A stretch of DNA of 64,000 bases from Vitrella brassicaformis CCMP3155. Its lineage: Eukaryota; Protista; Chromerida. The stretch is from positions 1-64,000 of the forward strand of contig CDMY01000613.1 of NCBI GenBank assembly GCA_001179505.1, read 5' to 3'. Below are positions 26,051-39,158 of the stretch, piece after piece. Numbering within the stretch: the first letter of the stretch is position 1; every line of letters begins with the position of its first letter. Below the pieces are notes generated by a model, which saw only the letters and a program-made list of their open reading frames with translations, had not been told where the DNA came from and searched no databases. A program made the translations under genes and the position numbers.

Positions 26051-27979
26051 TCAGGTGCGTGTCTTGACGAGGGAGGTCTTCATGTGATGAAGGTTGGCCA
26101 GCGATGCGGTCAGGATCAGACGCGACACCCACTTGGGAAAGTCGCCTCGCAAATCAGCCTGCAGTACTTAATCCAATCCACACAGACAGACAGACACTCA
26201 GACAGGCAAGGACCTATACCCACCGAGTGCACCCCATTCGCCCACTGACCTGCCAGACAAAGTAGAGCCTGCAAGAGCCGTCCTGCACCCGACGGCAGTC
26301 GAAGCCGCCGATGTGGGCGTGCGCCCGAATGCGGCCCGTGAGCATGCCGACGGCGTGGCGCCATTCGATAGACCGAGAGACACACACACTGTGGTCGTCA
26401 CTGAACTGAATGCATAACACAAGCCACACAACACACACACACAACATCTTGCTGCTCTGCTCATCAACCGCCCCGCCCAGCCGACCTGGTGTTGGCTCCC
26501 CGACAGGCAGAAGTCCCTCCCAGGAATGCCGAAGCCGCCCCTGTAGGACTGGTAGTAGGCACAGACGCCGCAGCTGCCGTCCTCACGGTAGGTTCGGAGC
26601 CTGAACTGGGTCTCCAGCAGCGGATTGTACTGCCTGGGGTCGGTGTGCGAGTAGAAGAAGTTGATGACCTCTCGGGGGCTGAAGGACCCGCCGATGTCGA
26701 TGTGGCCCAGCACGACGGGCGACTGGCCGGGCAGGTCCCTGATGAATTGCTGACATACATATGGCCGATAGACAGACAGACAGACAGAGAGACAGACAGA
26801 GGGAGGGGAGAGCAAACAAACAGGCATGACATGAGGCGTGTAGCGGGTTGAGTTGAGGCCGGGGTCTGCACAGACATACCCTGACGCCGTGCTTCATGCC
26901 CAGGCTCTTCCACCCGTCGGTCGAGTTGATGATGGCATTCAGCTCGTGCGCTGCCTCCTCTCCCTACACACACATAGGCACACTACATTCAATGGATGGA
27001 TGTATCCCCCTCCCCCTCCCCCTCCCGCACCGACCAGTGCCTGTAGGCGTTGGCCCATGAGCAGCTCCTCATCGGTCAGCCCCGGCAGCCACACCACTTC
27101 CCCGTCAGCCCCACCCGCCACAGACGGTACACAGGGGGGCGACAGCACACACGTCTGTCCAGGGCTTGTCGTCACCGATGTCAGCATGTCGCCGTCATCG
27201 CACTCACTCGAAGTGTCACTGCCCTCCGTCGATGGGGCGGCGTGTTTGTCGTCGTGACCACCCGCACCCTCCTTGTCGCTGTCATCATCGCTGGCCAGCT
27301 TCGGCAGCAGTGAGTGTGGCGTCGGTGGCACTCGGTAGGGGAGGGAGACGGGTGTGCTCGGGGGAGGCGGCACGAGGCACCTGGGCGACGGATGGGATGT
27401 CTGTTTCACACATGCTCCTCGTCGCTTGCTCTTCCAGAAGCGAGGCAGCCACCACCAGCGGCGCCTCCGCTTTCCCTTTGCCACGGTGGCCGTCTTGTTC
27501 GGTGCTGGCGTTGATGGCTCGTGTGACACGGTTGGCTGTGCCGACGTCGATGCGTGTGCGAATGGGCAGGCTGCTGTGTGGGGGAAGTCGGGGTAGCTTG
27601 CCGATTGCTCATCAGACGTGATCAGCACCGGAGGGTTGGCGAAGGAGAGGGTGTACACTGCGCCATCTGGGAGAGGCGGGAAGGACCTCGGCGGGTCGCA
27701 GTACAGGCAGCCCACGATGCTGCAGGGCTGGTCTGCCGCCGAAGGACCCTCCTTTGCCGCCGACGCCACGCTGCTGAAGGGGTCTGCCTTGACGACAACG
27801 TCGCTCAGTGGCTGCGCTTGGCAGCATTCGGTGGTGCTGGTAGGTGTGCAGGCGTGCAGGCATCGCAGACTGAGCCTCAGGCCGCAGGCATCGCCCGCCG
27901 CCTGCCGGATGTAGGCCTCGATGGCGTGATCGATCAGGTCGGGGGACAGCTGGCAGGGAGGATCTTCCACCAGCGCCAT
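26051..27979 (-). CDS. START lipid-transfer domain protein with long N-terminal extension
   Basis: DGWKSLGMKHGVR, YYQSYRGGFGIPGRDFC, IRAHAHIGGFDC, QADLRGDFPKWVSRL. Confidence 0.8.
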
Positions 27980-28103
27980 CGTCGTCAGCAGCACGGAATG
28001 GGAAAACCGGAGTCTGCTGAGCCGTGGGGATCAATCGAGGCGCGTACCGATTGTAAATTCTCAACGGTTTTCCGGGCAAATACCGATTTTAGCACTGAAC
28101 GAA

Positions 28104-28700
28104 TTGATGAATCATTGTCATTCAATTCATTCGTGCTGTGGTCTTGGCGTAGCGGGTCATGAGATGGCAGGCCTTCGAACGAGGCAATGGGTGGCCCTTT
28201 CCAAATCCGGACATTGCCTCGATGTGGAATCGGCAGGCTCTGACCTGACGAACTCCTGTCTCACACGAGACAAGACAAGGACACACACAGGGTGGGACAC
28301 GTAAGTTGTTGCAAAGACATCTGAGTCGCTGTGGCTTGCTCCTTCTCACCACGACGTCGTTGGCCATGCACCAGGTCTCCGGACCCCATGCAGCGGACCG
28401 GCATCACACGAGCTGAGTTGCAGTGTTTGGCTTCGTCGTCTTCTGTCTCCAATGCCCCGCATGTGCCCACTCCAATGTCATTCGGTCCATCAGCCATCCG
28501 TTGGAGAGACAGACAAAGGGCAGACATGAAACGCTCCCGCATCTATCGATTCCTAGCTCACCTCGTTGACGACACAGGTCTGTTTGTCTGGGTACTTCGG
28601 GTGCCACATCTGGTGCCCGTAGATCTGTTCCTGTATACCGACGACACCAAACAGAGCAATCGAAGGTTCTCTTGTGCTTGTCGTGACGTGAGGGGGGGGA
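28104..28700 (-). pseudogene. Degenerate tandem paralog of the 29212-30202 gene
   Basis: Homologous exons (EQIYG...QTCVVNE; GVGTCGALETEDDEAKHCNSARVM) and introns are present. There is a 1-nt insertion before ccggagacctggtgcatgg, and the AG acceptor near 28503 is lost. The 5' extent is unclear. Confidence 0.55.
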
Positions 28701-29211
28701 AGGGGACGGTGATTCTACCTCTTCACTGACGATTGCTGGAGAGTTCTGGCCTGACCGAGCGATTCGTCGTTTTTCGGCGATGCGCGGCAGAGAGCCAGAC
28801 AATACTAGTAACTGCCTGTGGTTGCAGGCGGCGTGCAGACGGGTGTGGGACGCTGAGTGTTTGGGCGCCTGCCTGTTTGAGCGGGGCACCTGGCCTGTCT
28901 GCGATGACAATGCGGTCAATCCGTTGGGGATCTCTCTGTGTGTATGTCGATCTGCGGCCGACAGGCACACACAGCTGTACGTGTATGGGTGTGGAATGTC
29001 CATACGGTGAGGCCGACTGCCCGACTTGTTTGGTCCGCTCGTTCAACGAAAACGTGTGAGGTCTGTCATGCACTCACTGACCCCGACTCTCTGAGTTTGT
29101 CTGTCTGTCTGTCTCGGTGTGATCCTTCTTGATCGATCCTCCTTTGGCACACAGTCGTGAAAAGAAATAGCAGCCAGTCCATCTCTGTCCACTCACTCAC
29201 TCAGCCGTCGG

Positions 29212-30202
29212 CTAGTGGGCTCCGTACATGAGGCTCATGTGCTCTTTCTCTGCCCGGAGCCTCATGTCTTCCTCTTTCTGGAGCCTCTTGTGTGCCTCTT
29301 TGGCAGCCTCTGCATAGCAGACAGAAGACACACATTCGTGCATGTGTGTAAGTAGCGATCAAGTAGGTTAAAATGCAAACGGCGGGCGGGGGGCTCGGCA
29401 GGTATTCTTATCCGTCTGTCTGTCTGTCTCAGAGTCTGACTCAGAGTCTGACTCACCTCTGTCAGGGTCCCACTTCGGGTGTCCACCGAAGAACTTGATG
29501 ATCTCCGTGTCGCCCCACGTCTCAATGGACATGAGGCCAAACATGGACATGAGGTCGTCCTCGTACCTGACGGTTGTAACGGAGTCCCGCCTCACGACGA
29601 AGTTCTGTCTCACACGAGACAAGGCAAGGACACACACAGGATGGGACATGTAGTTGTTGCAACATCTGAGTCGCTGTGGCTTGCTCCTTCTCACCACTTT
29701 CTTGGCGGCCATGCACCAGGTCTCCGGACGGTTCCAGCCGACAGACATCACACCAGCTGAGTTGCAGTGTTTGGCCACCTCCTCTGCGTCCTCTGTCTTG
29801 AATGCCTCGCATGTGCCCACTCCCTCGTCAACCGATCCGACCGGTCCGCTGTCCATCAGTATCTGTCGTCCGGAGAGACAGACAAAGGGCAGATATGAAA
29901 CGCTCCCGCATCTATCGATTCCTAGCTCACCTCGTTGACGACACAGGTCTCTTTAGGTTGGCACTCCATCCCAGAGGACATCATGCTCCCGTACATCTGT
30001 GCCTGTGTGCAGACGACACAGAAGCGTCGTAAGGCCATCTTGTGCGACGTCTCACCGTTTTTTTGGTTCCCGTGCGTTCGGTGTAGTAGGCTATCATGCG
30101 GACTTCGCACGGTTGGGGCTGGATGTTCTTGCAAGTGGCCAGGGCGACGCAGGAGGCGACCACCAGGGCCTTAAGCAGAAGGGCCGGCACGACGGATGCC
30201 AT
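29212..30202 (-). CDS. Small secreted Cys-containing protein of unknown function (5 exons)
   Basis: Signal MASVVPALLLKALVVASCVALA. Phase-consistent exons CEVRMIAYYTERTGTKKT | AQMYG...ETCVVNE | ILMDSGPVG...WCMAAKKV | NFVVRRD...WDPDR | EAAKEAHK...YGAH*. Confidence 0.7.
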
Positions 30203-31164
30203 CTGCAATGACATGCCAAACAGAACAGAGCCATCCAGTCCTACGGCCCCCTGTGACGGCGTGGCAGTCAGCCCCCGGCCGCCTCGTCTCGCTCACCGTC
30301 TCGAAAGCCGCAGGAAACTCAAATGGTGAAGAAACGCTTAGTCAGGGACACTCAGAGAGGCTTCCGAGACCGCAGAAATGAAGGCGGCAGGCTCTGCGGC
30401 GCTCCCTGGCCTGGTGCGAGGCGCAATGCGAGGCGTTGTGTCACAGGCCTCGTGGCAAAGCCCCCAGTGACAGGCACCCGTGGGCTGCAATATTGCTCAA
30501 GACAGCGGAGACCCACCGTGAACTTGAACAAGGCCACTGGTGCAGGTCGAGACGCCCCCACGTTTGACACTCGAAATTGTCGATCCGTGTCTCGTGTTCC
30601 CCTCCCGCCGACGAGACAATGCACCTCTCGCATGCCATGGCTCGCACGTCACGCAATCAATGCGCGCAATGTGACGAGCGGTGAGGGAATGCATCTAGTC
30701 CTTAACCGACTGTGGTCATCCACGGGTGGTCATCTCAGAAGAGCCCATCAAAAGGACCAAGACCCATTAATTGTGCGAGTGAGTGCCATCCATCCATCCA
30801 TCCATCTATCCATTCATCCATCCATCCGCAAAGACGATTATACAACATGAGCCTCAGGGAGACCGCCGTCTCGCCCACAAATATGCAGTGCACCAAAAGA
30901 GCGCATTGCACCTGCACTCATCTGCTCTGTGTGCACAGAGTTGGCTGCCCTCTCCCTCTCTCGCTCTCTCTCTCCCTCTCCCTCTCCCTCTCCCTTCAAA
31001 CTACAAACACACAGACATCCATCCATCCGTCCATCCATCCACCCATCCGCTCCTAGACAGAGAGAGAGAGACCACGCCGGTCACATCAATGACATCACAT
31101 CACACTCCACTCCACCCCACCATCCGCACCACTTACTGGCCCACCTCACCTCTGTGCCATCACC

Positions 31165-33604
31165 TCACTCACGCGCGTCGGTGACGTGAGGGAATCTGAA
31201 AATGGGCAGGGGGTGCGCCTCGGTGTTGAATACCCACTCCGAGAGGTCGAACGTCCATCGGGGAGAGAAGAGCAGATAGAAATACTTGAGCACCTCGGCC
31301 GTCCAGAACGACTCGGTCTCGTCACTCTGATGAGAACCGTCAGCCTGCAGATATATCGGCACACACACACACACACACACACATACACACAGAGGGAGTT
31401 GGCCTCTCCAATATGTCTGTGTGGATGTGTGTGGTGTCTGTCTGTCAGTCTGTCAGTCTGTCGGTCTGTCGGTCTGTCTCTTGGGTGCCTTCCTTTCCTT
31501 ACGCTGTTGACTTGTTCGACGAATGCGTAACCGTATTTGGCTTTGCAGTGTTTCTGGATGGCCCGCCATATCTTGTAGCCCCACTGCCGGTAGGTGGGGT
31601 CGCCCGTGTAGTACCACAACAAGTAAATCGACTCGACAGTCTCCGGCCTGGTGGGCCACAGGCATGCATGCACCACATCCATCCACTCACCGCATTCGCC
31701 TCCCCCCCTGTCGCACCTGAGCTTGTAAGTGTCCTTGTAGCCGAAGAACACCTCGGGATCCTCCTGCTGTGGGCTGTTCCGCACGCCAACAAACTCAGGA
31801 CTCAACCCTACACACACACACACACACACACGCACACACACTCATAGACATCCACAGCCCCTGTGTGACCTGTCTTGTGCTGTTCGTGTGGTGCTGCCGA
31901 TCACCTCACCGACCAGTAGCAGTTCGCGCGTATCCCTCATAGCAGGTCTGCGTGATCTTGTGCGATGCCCTGTCCCACTCGACCCACCGCCGCTTCCGCG
32001 CCGCTGCCAACTTGGTGTCGTTGGCCGCGGCCGCGGCCAACAGCTGCTGGTCGTGGGGCCTGCCCTCCTCCACACCAAGCTTGAGCAAGCCGCCCATGAA
32101 ACACACCAGCTGCTCCATCCTGATCAATGGACACATGGATGGAGTGGGTGGTTGGGGTGGTTGGGGGCTGTTGACGCACCTACCTGGGGTCGTGTTTGAC
32201 GTTGGCTGGTGTGTCTGCGATGAACATGAGCTGCGAGGGGCCGTGGGACGTGCCGACGAGAAAGGTCATCATGCCGTCCATCGCTCGCTGCCACAAATCG
32301 AAGAAACGGGGCTCAGTCTGCCACAGAGAGAGAGAGACAGCCATACAGGCACTGAGGGAGGGCACTCTCCATGCTGTGTGGTGTGTATGTGCTGACTCTG
32401 TCTGTGCCCAGGCCACCCCCGCACCGACCTTTCCGGTTTGTATCCACTGTTTGAGGAGGTACTCGTAGTAGCTGTCGGCCATACCGCCCACCGTCGGATG
32501 ACCACCCGCACGACCTGACCAAGGGGAACATCCAGCCAGGCATCCACCCACCCATCGGCCATCCAGGCAGTAAAGGCTCTGCCCCTGTCTGTCTGTCTGT
32601 CTGTCTGTCTGCTCACGTGGTGCTGGTTGTGCAGCCAGGTGGGTGAAGGGCAGCAGATGGTCGCCCCCTGCGGCCTGCACGCACACACAGACAGACACAC
32701 AGCCGTCTCCGCTCTCTCCGTCTGCCCCTCGTGCGAGCAGCTCACCTGCCGAAGACTGTTGAAGGCCCCATCGGCTGCACGCTGATACCTGACAGCCACA
32801 ACAGCCACAATCCGCCCGTGTGTGGGCGTGTGTGTGAGTTGCGTGTTGGTGACTGACTTGGGGTCTCCCGTGAGGAATGAGAGGCACCTGAACTCCAGCT
32901 GAAACGTGCCGGCAGAGGCCATGATGATGTTATTGGTGAAGCGGGTCGTTCGCTGCGCTATGTTGACGTCGTCACTGATCGACCGCCCACACACACACAC
33001 ACACACACGTCCATCCATCCATCTCTCTCTATGTGTGTCTGTCTTACTTACTTCGGGAGGTATGAGCCCTTGTTGATGGCGGCCATAAGCCTGTCGCCCA
33101 GATCAGTGGCCTTGAGCAGCAAGCCCGGCCGGCCCGAGAGGGCGTGGGCCGACAAAAGGCCGCCCAGCACACGGATGACAATCTCAAAGAAGAAGTACTG
33201 CCGCGCGTAGTCGAATGAGAGCTCATTCTCGGCAAAACTGGCCGCCTGACAGACAGTGGGGAGGGAGGCAGGAAAGGAGAGAGCACCAATGGCCTCCCTG
33301 GACCTATGTGTGAGTCTTGGCGCACCTGCTCGAACTCCTTTGTGAGGTTCATCATGTAGAGGGTGGAGAGGGAGTCGACCAAAAAGACAGCAGAGCTGAA
33401 TGAAGAAGGAGAGGACAAAGGGGGCACGGCACAGTGACCGTCGTCAAGGAAGGCTGATTGTCTCTCTCTCTCTGTATGTTCCTGTTGTCTCACTTGAGGT
33501 CTCTGACAGGTCTGCCTGAGAGCGGCAGCACCCTGTCGGACCCCAGCCCCTTCTCGGAGTACATCTGCCACGTAAATCGAGTCGCCTCCACAACCTGACA
33601 CACG

Positions 33605-33635
<31 letters not shown>

Positions 33636-34510
33636 GATCCCATGGCGCCACCCCCACTCTCCTTCCCCCCTGCACCACCTACCTCTTCCCTCTGCTTGAG
33701 CGCCTCTCTATCCCACTTAACAAGCTGGTCCACACCGTAGGTGTCGATCCACTGCTGTGGGTACGGGTATGGCTGCTCCTTCCCCCCCGCGAACCGCTCC
33801 CACTCGTCCAGCGAAGGCACGGCCGGCGGCCGCCAAGGCTTCCTAATCGTCACCTGCGTCATGGTGGTCGTGTTGCTCACGCTCACGAGGCTGTGCGGGT
33901 CGTAGTACAACCGACCATCGTCAGCCAGGGCCGAGCTGCTCTTGTCTGTGCGTGGAGGGGAAATGGCGACACCCCCCACCTGAAGAGGAGGCCCCTTTGC
34001 ACCACCACGCAGGCTCGGAGGTGGTGGGGGCGGCGGGGCGATGGCCCGCTTGACGGCGTCCCGCGCCCGTGACACAGCGCCCCTGACAGCCTTCCAGCCG
34101 CGTGAGTCCGTCAAGGGCGCCCCCGGCACCCGCACAAACATCGCCTCCGCCCTGCCATCACCACCATCATCACCATCAACACGGTCACCACCATCTCCTG
34201 CCGTTCCAGCCGCATCTGCATCGCTCCTCGGTGACGCCCCCGCCCCCCGCCTCGGCCACTGGATAAAAGCTGAATTCACCACAGAAGCGTCGGAGTCGAT
34301 GGCGCCCGCTCGATGCACGACGATAATGAGGTTGAGGACGATAATGCTGCCGAGAACAGCCAGGCCGATGATCACACAGGACCGCCGGAGAGAGCGGCGG
34401 ACCGACGGCAGGGGCGTCCATTTGGGTTCGTTCTCGAGGCCGTGGTAGGGGTGGGTGGGCGAGGACGGCCCAGGGCTCACTGGGGCGGGGTCCGAGCGGG
34501 CAGAGAACAT
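31165..34510 (-). CDS. MNS1: Glycoside hydrolase family 47 alpha-1,2-mannosidase (type II membrane)
   Basis: N-terminal TM; [110 protein letters not shown]. Confidence 0.96.
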
Positions 34511-34668
34511 CGCAAGAATGGGATAATATGATGGCAGGCAGCGATCAGACCAATGGGATCAGACCAAGATGCTTCAAGGCCGTAAGGTGGCGAGGAGGAG
34601 GAAAGATTGTCGAGCTGATCAACTGCTGTCACTGACGCCTCAAGCGCCAACCCCTCTCCGTTTACCTC

Positions 34669-34681
34669 TGCGAGCTTAGCC
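34669..34681. promoter_or_regulatory. Candidate promoter motif TGCGAGCTTAGCC
   Basis: 13-mer identical to 10480-10492, in the 197-nt gap between divergent GH47 and UEV genes. Confidence 0.55.
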
Positions 34682-34707
34682 AACTTTGAAAGGGAAGGCG
34701 TGGCAGC

Positions 34708-37178
34708 ATGCGTCGTCTTTTTGACTTCGGTGGCGAGCGGAGGGCATCAGACTCGCCCGGACGACAAGATCAGCAGCAACAGCAACAGCACGGGTGGCGC
34801 CTGCCGAGTTGGGAGAGCATCACCGGCGCGGCGATGGGCCACCACCCCTCACACACATCCGTGGCTGCCGCTCCACAAGCCTACCATGCCTCACAGTCAG
34901 GTGCATAACACACAAGAGAGGGAAGAACCAACCTTACACATCTTCCTTCCCTCCCTCCCTCGTCCATTTGTGTGTTTGCTGTCGACGGATCCGTGCGCTT
35001 GCAGGTCCGCTGATGGGCGGAGGGGACAGCTCCCCGTCAGTGGTGGCACTGGAGCGTTCCCGTGCCATTCAGGAGATCCGGATGGCCAAGGAGCTGTCGG
35101 TCGTCATGGCGCTCAACGACGAAGGGTTCACCATCGAGCAGGTCGAGCAGGCCGTCGCGGGGCAAATCAAGGTGCGGGCGGCAACAAACACAAGGGCGAC
35201 AAATGGACGGATGGATGGATGGACGCAAGCAACACACGTGTGTGTATGCGTGAACGTATGTGTGTGTGTGTGTGTTCAGGTGACGGTGCCGCGTGTGATG
35301 CTCAAGGACGACCTGAACGGTGACATATCCTTCACAGTGGCGCCCTCGCAGCAGTTCCCATTCAAACCGCCACACGTCTTCTGCCTCACCAGAGTGAGTG
35401 AGTGACTGAGTGAGTGGGTGGGTGGGCGACGGACATGCCTGCACGCCCACTGCCCATGCGTGTGCGCTCTGCTTGTGTGTGTGCGTGTGTGTGTCAGTTT
35501 TGTTTCCCTTCGTTGGCTGATGGTCGCGACCTGGTCTATGACGTCATCCGAAAAGACTGGTCAGTCAGACGTGATGGAAAGATCGGGATGTGACGACGCA
35601 CAGATATGTGTGTGTGCTGCATTGTCCTCCTCTCCCCTGCCCTCCCCTCACACACAGGGTGCCATCCACCACCTACGCGTCAATCATCCGGCAGCTCCCT
35701 GGCTTCATCGGTAGGTACACTCACCCACCCCGCTCATGCAATGCACACCAGACATATATTCCCCTTCTCCCTCTCCCCCTCCCTCTCTCCCCCTGTATGT
35801 GTGTGCATCAGACCGTGTGCTGGAGGTGTCGCGTGAGAAGGGCCCGCAGGCGATGCTCTTCGGCTTCTTCGACGGCAGCGTGTCCATCGACCGGTACCTC
35901 AGGGACCCCAATGCATCCGTCATGCCCTGCCAGAAGGTCGACCAGCTGTCGCACCGCAGCGTGCCGCGGTTTGTGGTCCTCACAGAGGGGGCGCTGCTGG
36001 TGCTCGAGGTGACGCAGAACTCATCTCCGCAGCGGTTTGGCGAGATTCGGTCATGGGCGCACCTCTCGCAGCTCACTAGCGTGACGAGAAAGGTACAAAC
36101 GGCCGGACATCTATCTACCTGATGGGGTGAACGAGCCAGTCTTCCGATGTGTGTCTTGTGTTGTGTTGTGTTGTGTGTTGGTGGTGTTCAGAAAAACACG
36201 GGCGTGGTGACGTTGCGCGTTAGGGGGTACGGTGCCGGACAGGGAGACAAAATTCAGGTCAGAGAGAGGGAGGGAGGGAGGGAGGGAGGGATTGCGACAC
36301 ATGGGCTGTCTGTCTGTCTGTCTGTGGTTGGGTCGGGTGGTTGGTGCAGACGTTTGTGTTTGAGGACCCCGAGACCTTCATGGCTGTCCTCCAGCACCAC
36401 ATGGCCTCCCTTGGGGTCGATTCATTCAATGCCAACGCCAACGGTAGACAGACAGAGAGAGAGAGGAAGAGATGGGCAGCGGCACAAGTCATCTCGGCGC
36501 GTGTGTTACCTGTTTCATGTCCATCAATCAGAGTCCCTCGAGAACGTCTCAGTGGAGATCATCAGGATGCGCAGCATTGTTGACGACCCCAATGCGCAGG
36601 AGCCCCTCTCCATCTCGTTCGTCCAGCGGCTCATGGCGCTCTACCAAAAACAGGTGGGGAGAAAGACCAGAAAATAGCCAGACACATCACATCACAAAAT
36701 GCACCTCTCTCTCTCTGTTCATCAGATTGAGTTGTATTCGGCGCGGAGCGATCCGGCCTACGAGACCGCCCTGCAGTCACTCAAGGAATTCCTGCAAAAC
36801 CCACGCGTCAGTGCCGTGCTCGACACACACCACCACCACCAGCACGGGCAGCAGCAGCAGCATGAGCACGAGCAGCACGAGCAGCACAGAGGCAGCGACA
36901 CGAGCAGCTCACGGCACGCGGACCACATCGCCTTCGTGCCCACCGTCTACGAGAAGAAAGACAGAGACCAGCGGAGCAGCGTCCACGTCGAGTCGGCACA
37001 GGCGGCGAGCGAGGAGGCCCTGGCCGGGCCGTCCACCGTGCTACCACCACCACCACCACCCCCTCCGCCGCCCGATCTGCTGACGACCGAGCAGCCAGCG
37101 ACAACAGAAGACACACATCAGGGGGAGGGGGCTGACGCGAAGAATGGAGGCGGCCAGGGCGCCCCGGATCTTTTGTGA
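34708..37178 (+). CDS. Protein with catalytically dead UBC/UEV-like domain followed by a PH-like domain and helical C-terminal region
   Basis: PSQQFPFKPPHVFCLTR|VSFPSLADGRDLVYDVIRKDW|VPSTTYASII resembles the E2 fold without the catalytic Cys. PRFVVLTEGALLVLE...WAHLSQLTSV suggests a PH-like fold. Confidence 0.6.
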
Positions 37179-38193
37179 GTGGCTGGCTGGCTGGTTGTCT
37201 TTCGCGGGCGGCAAGTTTTTCGGATGTCAGCGTACGCGCATGTGCTGTGCATGAGAGTGGGTGGCTACGAGCAGATATGACGGGTGTTCGTTCGTGTGCG
37301 CGTGGGGTATGCGCCAGTGTGGTCTTTTTCGTTGTGCGACGTGTTTGTTGTCCCATACACTATGCGCTCTTCTCCCTATTTGTCATTGTCACTTCTCACC
37401 TTCTGTCTGTCTTTCTCATCGCACAAAACACCTACCCATCTATCTCTCACTCTGTGACGCTCGGGTGCGCTCGCTGATCGAACGGATGACTGACTGGCTG
37501 AGTGTTCGTCCTCTCTGGTTATAACTGAGCCAGCATCCGTAATCCTTTCCCCCTCTCAGTCTTTCGCCCGACCCTCCTCCCTCCCTCCCTCCCTCTCTCC
37601 CTCCCTTGACTCGCTACACCACACACATGCACTCAGCACTCTCTACAACCACACAACATACATACTGACAGAGAGAGAGGTGTGCAGGGCACACAGGAGG
37701 ACGGACGGGCTTTAAACCGTTGCGGCTGTTGCAGCTGCATTGGGTAGTAAAATCGTGAGTAGTGGGACACATACACATCCATCGGATACATACATGTGGC
37801 GATAGCCACCAACCAACAGACACACACATGGACCCACACAACACAGCACAGCACAGCCCAGCACACGAGGCTGAAAACTCCCCCCGCGCCTCAGTCTGTC
37901 TGTCTGTGTCTGCGTCGTGCCTAGCTGTCTCGCCAGGCAAACAGATGGATGGATGGATGGATGGATAAGGAACCCACCACACATCACATGATACAAACAT
38001 GACATGGATATCAGTGGGCCCATCGATCAGAGTGAATGTTCAAAACCAGCCACCCATTCATTGTATGCCCGCCCCGCCCATCCACTGCCCGTGACCGAGA
38101 CAAAAATCCCTCGCGCCCGTCTCCCTCCCTCCCATGCACACACGCACAATCCATTGTCTCGCGTAGAGATCCCTCGCTCCTTCACTCATTCAT

Positions 38194-38999
38194 TCACTCT
38201 CTGGTGAGCTCCTTCTGCGGCTCCTTCTCCCTGGTGGCCTGCGCTGGCGGACCATCACCGTCTCTCGGGGGCGGCCCGGTGCCGGTGATCTTCCAGTACA
38301 CTCCCCTGATGAAGTAGTATGTCAACTCGATGATCGACTGAGCCTGCAAGGAGCGACCAAGATTGCTCTTGCTGGAATGTTTCCGGTGTGTGCGTGTGGG
38401 TGTGGTGTGAGTGTGTCTGCGTCTAATACATACCGGGTATATGATGAGTATGGCGAGGACGCCGGCCTTTGTGACGAGCGACGGTGTCCAGTCCCTCCCG
38501 AGTGCGGTGAACCAGTACTCGTTGGTGGCGGGTATGTCCAGAGGGATGTCCAAGGCGAAGGCCGGCGACGCCAGGAACAGACACCCAAGGCCCATCAGCA
38601 GGGGAAGCGCCACACTAGACCTGCAACAAACAACAGCAACGACACACATTGCCAACCGACAGTCATGCCTGTCCGTCCATCTGTCTGTCTGTCTGTCTGT
38701 CAGCCGATGACGTACGTGTCTTCTTCGAAAGTAGTCAACAACTCAGCATCACCGTCGTTATCCGGCCGCCGCTCACCAGCAGCAGCAGCGGGAGACGCCG
38801 CAGCATCCCCTCGGGCATCAGGAGGCGCCATCAGCAGATCAGACGTGCCGGACGGCTTGGCATGTAGGCTGCTCATGGCTGTCCGGCGCAGCATGGCGGT
38901 GCTGCGGTGGACGGCGGGTGGTTGCTTCGCTGCAGGGGGTGTGAAGGCATTCACGACCACTGCGGTGGCCAGCAGAGCGAGGGCGGACAGACGCAGCAT
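38194..38999 (-). CDS. Small plastid-targeted, probably thylakoid membrane protein of unknown function
   Basis: Signal peptide ending VVVNA|FTPP (ASAF-type Phe at +1), a Ser/Ala/Arg transit region, a second hydrophobic segment ending SPAFA|LD (AxA thylakoid peptidase type), then a TM segment. Confidence 0.65.
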
Positions 39000-39158
39000 G
39001 GCTGACAATGAAGGTGATGCGATGCTGTCAGATCTGCGGCCCTCGGTCCTTCGTACGGATCTCCCTCGAGCTCACGAGATTCAGGGTTTGAACCCTGAAC
39101 CTCCGAACCCTAGCAGAAAGCTGAAGAGGAGGAGGACTGCAGAGGCCTTTCTGTCCCA

